Shown: piece after piece, positions 30,482 through 42,800 of the stretch
Layout: each line of letters starts with the position of its first letter
Position numbering within the stretch: the first letter of the stretch is position 1
Assembly: GCA_963770685.1 (NCBI GenBank)
Contig: CAVYQN010000001.1
Coordinates: 218,650 to 282,649 of the forward strand
Reading direction: 5' to 3'
Source: Candidatus Krumholzibacteriia bacterium
Lineage (GTDB): Bacteria > Krumholzibacteriota > Krumholzibacteriia > Krumholzibacteriales > Krumholzibacteriaceae
DNA: 64,000 nucleotides
Notes under the pieces: model-generated
Databases searched by the model: none
The model's input: only the letters and a program-made list of their open reading frames with translations
What the model was told of the DNA's origin: nothing
Made by a program: the position numbers and the translations under genes

Positions 30482-32797
30482 ATGACCGACTTGAGCAAGA
30501 TAACAACCCAAAACTCCGGGCACGGCCCACGGCCGATCGATAAGACGGCCGTTGAAAAGATACTTGCAACGGCCCTCGGGGAGGGCCGCTCGAGGCTTTT
30601 CGAGCACGAGATATACGGCATACTGGAAGCCGCGGGCTTCACGACGCCGCGGCACCTTTTCGCGGCGGATCCGGGAGCGCTCGGCGGCCTCGATCTTTCG
30701 TCGATCCCCGGCGGCGAGGTGGTCTGCAAGCTCATCTCGGAGCAGATGCCCCACCGCACCGAGCACGGAGGGATAAGATTCACCGCCAGGACGCCTGAGG
30801 CGCTCGCCGAGGCGTTCGAGGCCTTCGGGAAGATATGCGCGAAGATGGGGATCGCGATGTCCGGGATGCTCGTTGTCGAGCGGCTCGACATCAGGGATTC
30901 GATCCCGCACCAGCTCCTTATATCGCTCCGGCAGGACCCCGCCTTCGGCCCGATCGTGGTGCTGGGGCTCGGCGGCACGGGCACAGAGGTCTACCAGGAC
31001 GGCCTGAAAAGCGAGAAGGGGCTCTTCATCGCTTCGGCGGGATCGATCATCGAAAGGGACGGAGTCCTCGAGGGCCTGGCGAGAACGATGTTCTTCCCGA
31101 TCATTTCGGGCAAAACGAGGATCACGGGCCGCCCCCTCGCCGAGCCGTCGGCGATCGTCGACGCGATGGAAAGGTTCGCCCTCCTGGCCTCGGCCTTCTC
31201 GGCGTCATCCCTTGAAACGGCTTTCACGATAGAGGAGCTCGAGGTCAACCCCCTCCAGATAACCTCAGGCGGCGCCCTGGTTCCCCTCGACGCGCTGATG
31301 AAGATCTCCTCGAGGAAGATGAAGTACGCCGATCCTCCGGCGGACAGGATAAATAAGCTGCTCAACCCGGAGAGCGTCCTTGTCATCGGCGTTTCGGACA
31401 AGCGCCCGAACATGGGGCGCATCATACTGAGGAACATCATCTCGGTCGGGCGGATACCGAAGGATCGGATATGGCTGCTGCATAAAACGGCGACGGAGAT
31501 CGACGGCTGCAGGGCCTGGCCGTCCATGGACGCCCTGCCGGGAAGGCCCGACCTCGTCGTCTTCACGATACCGGCCGGGGAGGAGTCGGTCGCCCTTCTC
31601 GAGGACATGATAAAGGGCGACAAAACCGAATCGATCATCCTCATCACGGGGGGATTCGGCGAGACGGCCGACGGGCAGCACCTCGACCGCAGGATCAGGG
31701 ATGCCGTCGACGAGGTGCGCTCCAGGCCCGGCGGCGGGACGGTCCTCAACGGCCCCAACTGCATGGGGATCGTATCCTGGCCCGGAGGTTACAACACATT
31801 CTTCCTCCCCGATTACAAGCTTGCGTTCAACGGGAAATTCGGAGGGAACGTCGCCGTCGTGAGCCAGAGCGGCGCGTGGCTCGTCACGCTTCTCAGCACC
31901 CTCGCGACGATCCTCAAACCGAGATACATGATTACGGTCGGCAACCAGATGGACCTTACCGTGACCGATTACCTGATGAATCTGAAGGACGATCCTGGCG
32001 TCGAGATCTTCTGCATCTACCTCGAGGGGCTGAAGCCGGGGGACGGGGCTCGTTTCCTCGATGTCGCGAGGAAGATAACGAAAGCCGGGAAAAAGGTCGT
32101 CGTGTACAAGGCCGGGAGGACCGCCGAGGGAGCGGCCGCCGCAGCCTCGCACACCGCCGCGATGGCTACCGATCACGACGTTTTCAGCAGGCTCGTCGCA
32201 GGAGCGGGGATTTACGAGGCGTCGAGCCTCGAGGACATGGAGGACGCGGTCAAGGTCCTCTCCCTTCTCGCCGGGAGAAAGGTCGCCGGCAACCGCGTCG
32301 GGATATCGAGCGACGCGGGATACGAATGCTCGGTCGCCGCGGACCATCTATATTCCATGAAACTTGCCGAATTCAGCGGTGAGACGATGGAAAAGCTGGC
32401 GCAGCACCTCACCGGCCTCGTCGACATTCACAATCCGGTCGACGCCACGCCGGCCATCTTCACCCCCGCCTACGGCGAGGCGGCCGCCGCCATCGTCGCC
32501 AACGAGGGAACCGACTGCGCGGTCATATCGAACGTCGCGGCCACCGCTACCCAGGAAAACCTCCCGGCCGGGCCCGGGCACAAGGAGGATATAACGAGGG
32601 AAGCGTCCCATCCGAATACGCTGATTCGGATCTTCAAGGGGACTGAAAAGCCGATGGTCGTCTGCATGAACGAGGGCAGAATATACGATCCGGCGGTAAG
32701 GATGATGGAGGAGGCCGGGGTTCCGGTCTTCCGGAAGATAGACCGAGCGATGAAGGCGATGGACGTCTTCATACGGTTCGGAAGGAACGAAAAATAG
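30482..32797 (+). CDS. Acetate--CoA ligase (ADP-forming) family, fused ATP-grasp + CoA-binding/ligase-CoA domains
   Basis: 771 aa. N-terminal ATP-grasp half. C-terminal half has succinyl-CoA-synthetase-alpha-like motifs (VLNGPNCMGI, VSQSGA). Confidence 0.75.
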   Translation: MTDLSKITTQNSGHGPRPIDKTAVEKILATALGEGRSRLFEHEIYGILEAAGFTTPRHLFAADPGALGGLDLSSIPGGEVVCKLISEQMPHRTEHGGIRFTARTPEALAEAFEAFGKICAKMGIAMSGMLVVERLDIRDSIPHQLLISLRQDPAFGPIVVLGLGGTGTEVYQDGLKSEKGLFIASAGSIIERDGVLEGLARTMFFPIISGKTRITGRPLAEPSAIVDAMERFALLASAFSASSLETAFTIEELEVNPLQITSGGALVPLDALMKISSRKMKYADPPADRINKLLNPESVLVIGVSDKRPNMGRIILRNIISVGRIPKDRIWLLHKTATEIDGCRAWPSMDALPGRPDLVVFTIPAGEESVALLEDMIKGDKTESIILITGGFGETADGQHLDRRIRDAVDEVRSRPGGGTVLNGPNCMGIVSWPGGYNTFFLPDYKLAFNGKFGGNVAVVSQSGAWLVTLLSTLATILKPRYMITVGNQMDLTVTDYLMNLKDDPGVEIFCIYLEGLKPGDGARFLDVARKITKAGKKVVVYKAGRTAEGAAAAASHTAAMATDHDVFSRLVAGAGIYEASSLEDMEDAVKVLSLLAGRKVAGNRVGISSDAGYECSVAADHLYSMKLAEFSGETMEKLAQHLTGLVDIHNPVDATPAIFTPAYGEAAAAIVANEGTDCAVISNVAATATQENLPAGPGHKEDITREASHPNTLIRIFKGTEKPMVVCMNEGRIYDPAVRMMEEAGVPVFRKIDRAMKAMDVFIRFGRNEK

Positions 32798-32930
32798 CGG
32801 TTCGCGTTTTTTCCGTAACCGGAGGGCGGCTTGCGCACACTGAATTAGATGGGGCGGCACGCGGCCGCAACATAATCGCGTCCCTCCCGTATTGATTGGG
32901 TCGGCCGGTCGCTTTGCAGGGAAAGGTCAA

Positions 32931-33827
32931 ATGAATATAAAAATCAGGAACCTCAGCCAGGTTTACAAGGGCGGGAACCGCGCCCTTGACGACGTAGACC
33001 TCGATATCGGCAGCGGGATGTTCGGCCTTCTAGGCCCCAACGGCGCCGGGAAGACGACCCTGATCAAGGTCCTCGTGACGCTGATGAAACCATCGTCGGG
33101 TAACGTGACTATCGACGAATACGACCTCGTAAAAAACCGCAGGGAAATCCGCGGCATGCTGGGCTATCTCCCCCAGGACTTCAGGTTCTTCTCGAGGCTG
33201 AGGACCTGGGAATTCCTCGATTATATCGCTAGCTTGTCGGGGCTTCGCGACTCGAAGGTCAGAAAAAAGGCCGTCGACGCGATGCTCGAACAGGTGGGCC
33301 TCTTCGACGTGCGGGACCGCATGGCGAACAAGCTCTCCGGCGGGATGAAAAGAAGGCTCGGCATCGCGCAGGCCCTCATCGGCGACCCGAAGATCATCGT
33401 GGTGGACGAGCCGACCACGGGGCTCGATCCCGAGGAAAGGATCCGTTTCCGCAACCTGATCGCCGACATGGGACACCGCGACGTCACGATCCTTCTCTCC
33501 ACCCACATCGTCGGCGATATTTCGAGCACGTGCGACAACATGGCGCTTCTGAACGAAGGAAGGGTCGTCTTCCGCGGCTCTCCGTCGGAGCTGATCTCCA
33601 TGGCAAGGGGGCACGCCTGGCGTTTCGAGGCGATCGACAGCGAGCTCGACGGAATAAAGGAAAAATTCTCGGTCATATCCGCGGTCCCGTCTGAAAACGG
33701 CTGGGAGGTTCACGTGGTGGGCGACGGCCTCGACGGGTTTCCCGGCGAGGAGATCGAGCCGGACCTCGAGCACTCCTACGTATATTTCATGGAACACGCG
33801 GTGAAGGGCGCGGGGCGGGCGGTTTGA
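32931..33827 (+). CDS. ABC transporter ATP-binding protein (ABC-2 subtype)
   Basis: Walker A GPNGAGKTT, signature LSGGMKRRL, Walker B IIVVDEPT. Start at MNIKIRNL. Confidence 0.85.
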   Translation: MNIKIRNLSQVYKGGNRALDDVDLDIGSGMFGLLGPNGAGKTTLIKVLVTLMKPSSGNVTIDEYDLVKNRREIRGMLGYLPQDFRFFSRLRTWEFLDYIASLSGLRDSKVRKKAVDAMLEQVGLFDVRDRMANKLSGGMKRRLGIAQALIGDPKIIVVDEPTTGLDPEERIRFRNLIADMGHRDVTILLSTHIVGDISSTCDNMALLNEGRVVFRGSPSELISMARGHAWRFEAIDSELDGIKEKFSVISAVPSENGWEVHVVGDGLDGFPGEEIEPDLEHSYVYFMEHAVKGAGRAV

Positions 33828-33899
33828 TTATTTTACGGCGGCGCGCCGCCGGCCGGCGGCAACCCATGGCGGAACCTCTCTTGTCGAAAGGTTGATGCG

Positions 33900-36800
33900 A
33901 TGATCTCCCTGTACAATATGCGCGTCGTCGCGAAAATAGAGACGAGGACCCTCTTTCGAAGCTGGTTCTACAGGATATTCTCCGCGATCTCCGTCGCTTT
34001 TCTCGGAATCTTCAGTTTCGCGATGATGGCAAAGGTCACGCATGGCCCGTGGGCGATGCGGGCTGTCTCGTCGACGGCGCCCTACGTGCCGATCCTGTTT
34101 CTCAACTCGGTGCAGGCGGTCATAGCGGTATTCCTCGCGTCGGATTTCCTCAAGCGCGACAAGAAACTCGACACGACCGAAGTCGTTTACATGAGATCGA
34201 TGACCAACGGGGACTACGTCCTCGGCAAAACGGCCGGAATACTATTCGTTTTCCTGATCCTGAACCTTGCGGTTCTGATCGTCACCCTGGCACTTCAGCT
34301 CATCCTGTCCGACGTGCAGGTCCACTGGATGAGCTACCTCATATATCCCCTGGTGATAAGCCTTCCGACGCTGGTCTTCATCCTCGGCCTTTCCTTCCTC
34401 TTCATGTCGCTCATCCGCAACCAGGCGGTCACATTCATAGTCCTTCTCGGCTATATCGCCCTGACCCTCTTCTTCCTGGGGAACAGGTTCCATCACCTCT
34501 TCGACTACATGTCCTACAACATCCCTATGATATATTCCGATTTCACGGGATTCGCTGACATGCGGGGGCTTCTGCTGCACAGGGGCATATATCTGTTCCT
34601 GGGCCTTTCCTTCATCTTCCTCACCATTCTGACCCTCAGGCGCCTTCCCCAGTCGAGGGCCCTGACGATGGTTTCAAGGGGGCTCGCCGTCCTCTTCTTC
34701 GCCGCCGGCGTGACGCTGGCTTTTGTTTTCATGCATGAGACGGGCTCCGGCAGGGCGCTTCGCGCGCGGATGCTGGAGATCGGCGGGCGAGCGATGGAAG
34801 GACGCGCCCTTTCGACGAAGCGCTGCGATATCGACCTGGACCACGATGGAAACTCCTTTTCGGCGAGGGCGTCGATCGCCGCGGTAAACACCGGCGCCGA
34901 CGCCGCCGCGCGTTACATTTACAGGCTCAACCCGGGACTGGAAGTGGACGCCGTGTCGGGAGGCAAGGGCCCGATGAAATTCGAGAGGGATCTGCACATG
35001 CTCTATCTCGAGCCCTCCACGCCCGCTCGCGCCGGGCGAAAGCGATTCGTTCTCCATCGAGTATCACGGCGCTATCGACGAGCGGGCGTGCTATGTCGAC
35101 ATCGACGAGGAGACGAGGAGCCAGGCGTCGAGGATGAATGAGGCCGAGATGATGAACCTCGGGAAACGGTATTCCTTCGTCGACCCGGAATACCTCCTGC
35201 TCACGCCCGAGACGCTCTGGTACCCGGTGGCCGGGCCAGGGTACGATCCGCGCCGTCCCGAGCTTTATCACAGGGATTTCATCGACTTTTCCCTCTCGGT
35301 CAAAACGTCGCCGCGGTTGTCTGCGATCTCGCAGGGGAGGATCGACACCCTCGGCGGGGGCGGTTTCAGGTTCACGCCGGAAACCCCGCTTCCCTCGATC
35401 ACGCTTGCCGCGGGAAGATACGAATCGATGAGCGCCACGGTCGACTCGGTCTCCTACAATATCTACCTTCTCGAGGGGCACGACTTCTTCACGTCATATT
35501 TCAACGAGATCGGCGACACGATGGCGACGATCATAAAGGAGATCAGCGACGAGATAGAGAACAAGCTCGGCCTCGAATACCCTTACGAAAGGCTCAATCT
35601 CGTCGAGGTTCCGATCCATTTCCACAGTTATCGCAGGCTCTGGTCGGTCGCCCAGGAAACGGTTCAGCCCCAGATCGTCCTTCTCCCCGAAAAGGGGGCG
35701 CCGCTCGAGAGCGTCGATATCCGCAGGATATCGCAGGGCATGGAGAGGCGTCGGTCGAGATCGAACGAGACCTCCTCCCCCGCCGACGACCAGTCCTCCG
35801 TTTTCAGCAACATGATAAGGTCGGTTCTGGTGGAGAATTCGGGCTTCTTCCGGTTCCGCCACGACGAGGACGAGGATCCGTTCGCCTTCTCGCCGAGTTA
35901 CAACATTTTCCCCAACTATATGACCTTCACAAACGACATCGAATCGTCCCGGTGGCCCGTCCTGAGCATGGCGATGGAAGCCTTTTTCGCGGGCAAGCTC
36001 GAGGAATCGACCCCGCGGTTCGTCAGGTTCTTCACGGGGCTTTCCCCCGAGGAGAGAATCAATCTCGCCCTGCAGGAAAAGACGCTTCAGGAGATCATCG
36101 CCGACCCCGGGAAGCGCGACCTCGCCAATTACGCGATAAAATCGAAGGGCGATTACCTCTTCATGCTCCTGGAACAGAAGCTGGGGCAGAAGGAATTCAA
36201 CCGGTTCCTGTCCGGGCTTCTCGCTGAAAACAAGTTCAGGAGAATTTCGGGAGAACAATTCGTCAGCGGGATAAGCGCCGGCTTCGGGCTCGATTTCGGG
36301 AGTTACATAGGGGAATGGTACGACAGCCGGCAGCTCCCCGGGTTCATTATCGGAAACGTCCGGACCTTCAAGGTTCTCGACGGCGACCGCGAACGCTACC
36401 AGGTTCTGATGAAGATAAGCAATCCCGAGCCGGTCAACGGCCTCTTAAAGATGACGGTGAGGAAAAGGCAGGGGCCCGGCGAGGGAAGATTCGGGGGACG
36501 GCGCTTCGGAAGGCGCCCCGACACCGACGACGACCTGGTCAAATTCATCTTCCTCGGCGGCGGCGAAACCCTCGATATCGGCCTTGTCCTCGATTTCCAG
36601 CCCGGCATGGCCCAGATCAACACGCTCGTATCGAAGAACATCCCGTCGGTGATCGAGATCACATTCGGCGATTTCGAACTGGACAGAAGATCCATCCCGT
36701 TCGAGGGCGAACAGCTTTCCGACCGGCCCGTCCTTCTTGCGGACCTCGGAGAGACGGTAGTCGACAACGAGGATCCCGGATTCGTGCCGGAGCAGAAGGA

Positions 36801-37278
36801 GGCGCGGAGCATCCTCAAGAAACTCTTCCCCGGAAGCCAGCCGAAGGACGACGAGAAATATCACGGCATGGTCTTCTGGCGCAACGTGCCTAAATGGATC
36901 GCGACGACCGACTCGAAGTTCTACGGCAGGTACATCCGTTCGGCTCACTACACGAGCGCGGGGAGCGGAGATCGCAAGGTCGCGTTCAACACGATTCTTC
37001 CCGAAAGCGGTTTTCATGACGTCTACTACTACGTAAGCAAGATATCGACGCCGTGGAGGCACCCGGGAGAGGAGCAAAAATTCGGGAGCAACCACTTCCT
37101 CATTCATCACGACGACGGCGTCGAGGAGACCGAGATAGATCTCGACGGCGCCGAAGAGGGCTGGAATTTCATCGGATCGTACTACATCTCGGCGGGGGCA
37201 ACGTCGGTCGAGATGACGAACAAATCGGGCGAGAGCCGTTTCGTGACCGCCGACGCGGTCAAATGGGTCAAACGATAG
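33900..37278 (+). CDS. ABC-2 permease fused to a catalytically degenerate M1-aminopeptidase-like domain; frame break near 35030-35130
   Basis: First 280 aa has 6 TM helices (ABC-2 type). It is followed by an aminopeptidase-N-like region (YPYERLNLVEVPIHFHSYRR occupies the place of the GAMEN exopeptidase motif). No HExxH is present anywhere in the 714-aa second frame. ORFs 33900-35141 and 35134-37278 are joined by one indel. Confidence 0.55.
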
Positions 37279-37290
37279 GAAGGATCGCAA

Positions 37291-38788
37291 ATGATGAATG
37301 GATTCAACGGCAAGTCGGGCAAATCCGGGCCGGCAGTCCGGCGGGCGCTGGCCGCCGCCCTCCTCATTTCGTTGTCGTTTCCGCCCGCCGCGGCGCGGGC
37401 GCAGATGGTGCTGACCCTCGGGGACGCGCTCGCGATCGCCATGGAAAAGAGCCCGAGCATAAAGCACTCGAAGCTGAATCTCGAACGAAGCGAGGCTTCG
37501 CTGACGGCTGCCAACGCCCGGCTCAAATCGAAATTCAGCCTCGCCGTCACGCCCATCGATTACACGAACTATACCCGGTTCAACGACCTTTTTTCCGCCT
37601 GGTACACCCAGGAATCGACGTCATCCTACGGCACCTTCAGGATCGACCAGCCGATCCAAGTGGACCGACGGGACCCTGTCGCTGATCAACATGTTTTCCT
37701 GGAAGGATTCGTACAGCGAATACAACGAAGAGAGCAGCGAGACATTTTCGAACAACCTCTACATAAATTTCCAGCAGCCGATATTCACGTACAACAGAAC
37801 GAAGATGAACCTCCGGAGCCTCGAGCTCGACCTCGAGAACAGCAAGCTGAACTACGCCCTCCAGAAGCTCTCGATAGAGAAAACGGTCCTCGAAAACTTC
37901 TACGAGGTGTACCAAACGAAAAAACGACTCGAGATAGCCATGGAGGAATACGAAAACATCAAGAAAAGTCACGAAATCAGCATAAACAAGGTCGACGCCG
38001 GGATCGCGAGCCTTGAAGAACTTTACCAGTCGGAGCTGAATCTCGCGAACGCCCATTCCTCGGTGGCCAATTACGAGGTGAGTCTCGAGAGCGCCTACGA
38101 CAGGTTCAAACAGCTTCTCGGCATCGACATTAGCGAAGAGATCGGGATAGAAGCCGACATCTCGTACCGGGAATGCCCCGTCGACCTTCAGGTCGCCATA
38201 AGCCACGGGCTCAAGCACCGGGCCGAGCTGAGGCAGCGGAGGATGGACATCATAAACGCCGAGGACGCCCTCGTGATGGCCGGCTCGAAAAACGAGTTCC
38301 AGGGGAACATCAACATTTCCTACGGAACGACCGGCACCGACGAGGCGATATCCAATCTGTACGATTCCCCCGACAAGAACCAGCAGGTGTCGGTATCCTT
38401 CGAGGTGCCTCTATGGGACTGGGGCGAGAAGAAGGCCGACATGCGGGCTTCGCGCGCCTCCCTCGAATCGAACAGGCTCTCCCTGGAAGAGGAGGAAAAC
38501 AACATCCTCATTTCTATAAGGCAGGCGTACAGAAACCTGGAGAATCAGGTCATTCAGATAGATATCGCCAAGCAGAACGTGAGGCTTTCGGAATTGACCT
38601 ACTCGATCAAATTCGAAAATTACCGCAACGGGGACCTTTCGAGTTTCGATTTGAACCAGTACCAGAATCAGGTCTCAAGCACGAGGCTGAACGAGGTGTC
38701 GGCCCTTATAAAATACAAGCAGTACCTGCTCGACATGAAGATACAGTCCCTCTGGGACTTCGAGAATAACAGGCCGGTCGTGGAATGA
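37291..38788 (+). CDS. TolC-family outer membrane efflux protein; frame break near 37650-37690
   Basis: Signal peptide, then tandem TolC helical repeats. ORF 37291-38016 loses coding character after ...GTFRIDQPI, and ORF 37691-38788 continues. The junction reads ...QPIQ/WTDGTLSLINMFSWKDS. Confidence 0.7.
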
Positions 38789-38828
38789 CCGGGCGCGAAA
38801 CGTCAAACCATTCGACAAGGAGCTGGAT

Positions 38829-39879
38829 GTGAAAAGACTTCTGTTTGTTCTGGCAGCGACGGCGGCATTTTCGTCGTGCGGGGGCGACCAGGCCGCGATC
38901 GACACCGAGATTTCGGTGCCCGTATCCGTCCAGGAGATCGCGCTGAAATCGATAGAGCAGTACATCGTCGCGACCGGCACGGTCAATTCGCTGAGCGAGA
39001 TCACGATCAAATCGGAGACCAGCGGCGACTACCGTCTTCAGAAAAATCCCGCCGACGGGCCGCCCCTTCGCCTTCGGCGACGCGGTCAGAAAGGGACAGG
39101 TCGTCATAAGGCTCGCCAACGAAGAGGAAGAAAACAACATAAGGATCGATTCGAAGAAACTGCATCTCGAAACATCGAAGCTCGACTACGAAAAACAGAA
39201 ATCCCTTTACGACAAGGGCGGGGTGACCCTCACCGAGCTCAAGAACTCGGAAAGGACCTATATGGACGCGGGGTACGACTACGAGAACGCCCTGCTCCAG
39301 CTCGCGAAACTCAGGATCTCCCCCCCGTTCGACGGGATGATAACCGATCTTCCCTATTACACGGACGGAACGAGGGTCGAAGCGGGCAGCAACATGGTTC
39401 AGGTAATGGATTACGGCGGCCTCTACCTCGAGGTCAACATGCCCGGGAACGATCTCGGCGCCGTCAAGCAGGGCGCGGAGGTGAGGATCATGAATTACAC
39501 GGTGAAGGACGACACCCTCGCCGGCAGGGTGAGCCAGGTCTCCACCACACTCGACCCGACGACGCGATCCTTCAAGGCCTCCATCCTGGTCGATAACCCC
39601 GGCCACATCCTCAGGCCCGGAATGTTCGTCAAGGCCGAGATAATCGTCGCGCGGCACGACAGCGTGATCGTGATACCGAAGGAGGTCATCCTCGCCAGGC
39701 AACGGGGCAAAACCGTCTTCATCGTCGACAAGGGGGCGGCGCAGGAACGCGTTCTCGTGACCGGCCTCGAGAATCCCACAGAAATCGAGGTCCTCGAAGG
39801 GTTGAAGGCTGAGGACCGCCTCGTCGTGAAGGGATTCGAGACGCTTAGAAACCGTTCGAAGGTCAAGGTCGTCAGATGA
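38829..39879 (+). CDS. Efflux RND periplasmic adaptor (membrane fusion protein), lipoprotein; frame break near 39050-39070
   Basis: GTG start after AAGGAG. Lipobox FSSCGG. ORF 38829-39596 goes Arg-rich after ...YRLQKNPADG, and ORF 39223-39879 (barrel-sandwich and beta-barrel domains) continues. Homopolymer context gacgggccgcccc. Confidence 0.7.
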
Positions 39880-42800
39880 GAACCATATCGGATTTTTCGG
39901 TCAAACATCCCGTAACCGTCGCGATGGCGATATCGGCGGTCCTGCTCCTCGGGTATATCTCGTTCGGAAGGCTCGGGATAGACCTCTTTCCCGACCTAAA
40001 CAGCCCGAAGCTGTTCGTCGAGATGAAGGCAGGCGAAACCCCTCCCGAGGAGATGGAGAAGAATTACGCGAGCCCGATAGAATCGGCCGCGAGCACCCTG
40101 AAGGGGGTTACCGACGTGTCGTCGGCGATCCGCGTCGGTTCCGCCCAGATCACCGTCGAATACAAATGGGACGCCGACATGGACGAGGCATTCCTGGACC
40201 TGCAGAAGAGCGTTACCGACCTTACGCAACGGTTCGACAAGGACGAAATCGAAGTCACGATCACGCAGCACGATCCCAATTCCGAGCCCGTCATGACGAT
40301 CGCCTTCATGCATCCGGAGATCGACGATCTCGACGAGCTGAGGAAGGTTGCCGAGAACTACCTGCGAAGCGAGCTGTCCCGCGTGGAGGGTATCGCCGGC
40401 GTCGAGATATCCGGCGACGAGGAAAAGGAAGTGATCATCGAGACGGACGGATACCTTCTCGACGCTTACGGCCTTACGGCGGAAGAGGTCGCCAATAGGA
40501 TCGACAGCTACAACCGGACCGTCTCGGGGGGATCCATCACCGAGATGGGCCTCGAATACACGATAAAGGGCATCAGCGTCTACGGGACCCTCGACGATTT
40601 CGGGAACATCATACTCGCGTGGAAGTCCGCCGCAGAAGAGACGGGCTCGCAGAGCGCCGCCGTGTCATCGGCTTCCAACCTGCAGGACGAGAAGGTCCCT
40701 GTTTATCTCAAGGATGTCGCCCGCATAAGTTTCGCGAACAAGGATCCTGAGAGCATCGTGATGTACAACGGCCGCAGGTGCCTGGGCCTTTCGATATATA
40801 AGGAGATGAAATTCAACACCGTCGAGGCCTCGAAGACCCTGAAGGAGTCGCTCGATGTCATCCGCAAGGCCCTCCCCGGGTACGAACTGGTGATCATCAA
40901 CGACCAGGGAAGGTTCATAACCGCCTCGATAGACGAGGTGAAACAAAGCGCCCTTATCGGCATACTGCTGGCCGTGCTGATCCTCTACGTCTTCCTCAGA
41001 AGGATAGGCACGACGATCATCGTCAGCGTCTCCATCCCGATATCGATCGTGGCGACATTCAACCTGATGTACTTCAACGGGCTTTCGCTGAACATCATGA
41101 CGCTCGGCGGGCTGGCGCTCGGAGCCGGCATGCTCGTTGACAACGCGATCGTCGTCATGGAAAACATTATCCGAAACATCGAGGAAGGGATGGACCTCTC
41201 GGAAGCGTCCATTGCGGGCACCTCCCAGGTGAGCGGGGCGATTACCGCCTCGACCATCACGACGATCGTCGTCTTTCTCCCGATCGTCTACATACACGGC
41301 GCTTCCGGGGAGCTCTTCAAGGACCAGGCGTGGACCGTCACCTTCTCCCTTCTATCCTCGCTCGCCGTCGCGATCTTCGTCATGCCGATGATGGCCAGCA
41401 GGTTTATCAAAAGACTCCCGGCCGGAACCGTTTCGCGATCCATCCGTTTCCCCTGGTACGGCAAAGCGATTGAAAAGGTGCTGGACAACAGGTGGAGGGT
41501 GATCGGTGCGGCCGCCCTGCTGGTAGCGGGATCAGCCATTCTGATTCCGCACGTGGGCAGCGAATTTCTTCCTAAAACCGCCATGAACGAATTCACCGTC
41601 AAGATCAGCCTGCCGGAGGGAACGGAGCTGGAACGAACCGCGGGGACGGTGGCGGGAATAGAGAATATCGCGCGCGGTATCCTCGGAGACGATCTCGAAA
41701 CTATTTACAGCCTCGTGGGGCCCGCCACCGGTATGAGCGGCAGCGAGGAATCGATCTTTCAGGACGAGAATACGGCGTCGATCAAGATCGTTTTGAAGAA
41801 GGACCATGCAATCGGATCTGAGAAACTGGTGTCGGATCTCGGGGCTGCGATCTCCGTCATTCCGGATCTGGAATCGGAGTTCGTCCAGGACGAAACGGCT
41901 CTCCTCGCCACCCTCGGAACCGATTCAGCTCCCGTCGTCGTTGAAATAAGGGGAGAAAACCTGGAGACCCTCGAACAAATCGCCTCGGGCGTGAAGGAAA
42001 GGCTCCTCGCCATCGGCGATCTCTACAACGTGGAGACGAGCCTTGAACGCGGACGTCCCGAGGTCGACATCGTCATTGACAGGCTCAACGCCGGCATGCG
42101 GAATATAAGCGTCACCTCGATCGGCTCGCAGGTATCGAACCTGCTAATGGGCAGGCAGGCGGGCCAGTGGGATTACGACGGGGAAAAGAAGGATATCACG
42201 ATCAGAACGCCGGAAACCGCCCTCGGCAACCTCGATGACCTCGTGCTGGACAGCAGCGGCGGCAAGGTAAGGCTCGGCGAAATAGCCGGCATAAGGCACG
42301 GCTATGCCCCTCGCGAGATAAACCGGATCAACCGGGTCAGGACGGCCATCGTGACAGCCGGACAGAAAAAGGGGCGGCCGTTCGACCACATGATCAAAGA
42401 CGTAAGGGCGAGCCTGGCGGGCATCGACCTGCCCGCCGACTACAGACTGGTCATCACGGGCGAGGAGGAAAAAAGAAGGTCGGAATTCGAGGACCTGCGC
42501 TTCGCCCTGATCCTTTCGATAGTCCTGGTCTACATGGTGATGGCGGCCCAGTTCGAATCGCTCATCCATCCCTTCGCCATCCTGCTTACCATTCCCTTCG
42601 CTGGCGTCGGAGCAGTGCTGATCTTCTTTATACTCGGGAGAACGCTCAACATCATGGCGTACATAGGGATCATCATGCTGGCGGGGATAGCTGTGAACAA
42701 CGCGATCCTGCTCGTCGACGCGATAAACGGCCTCAGGAGAGAGGGCGTCGCGAAAAGGGAGGCGATCGTCGAGGCGGGAAACCGCAGGATACGTCCCATA

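Noticed and set aside
30131-30910. 259-aa minus-strand ORF spanning the ACS gene start
   Set aside because: Overlaps a well-supported plus-strand gene plus its RBS region. No motifs. Arg/Leu/Pro-rich.
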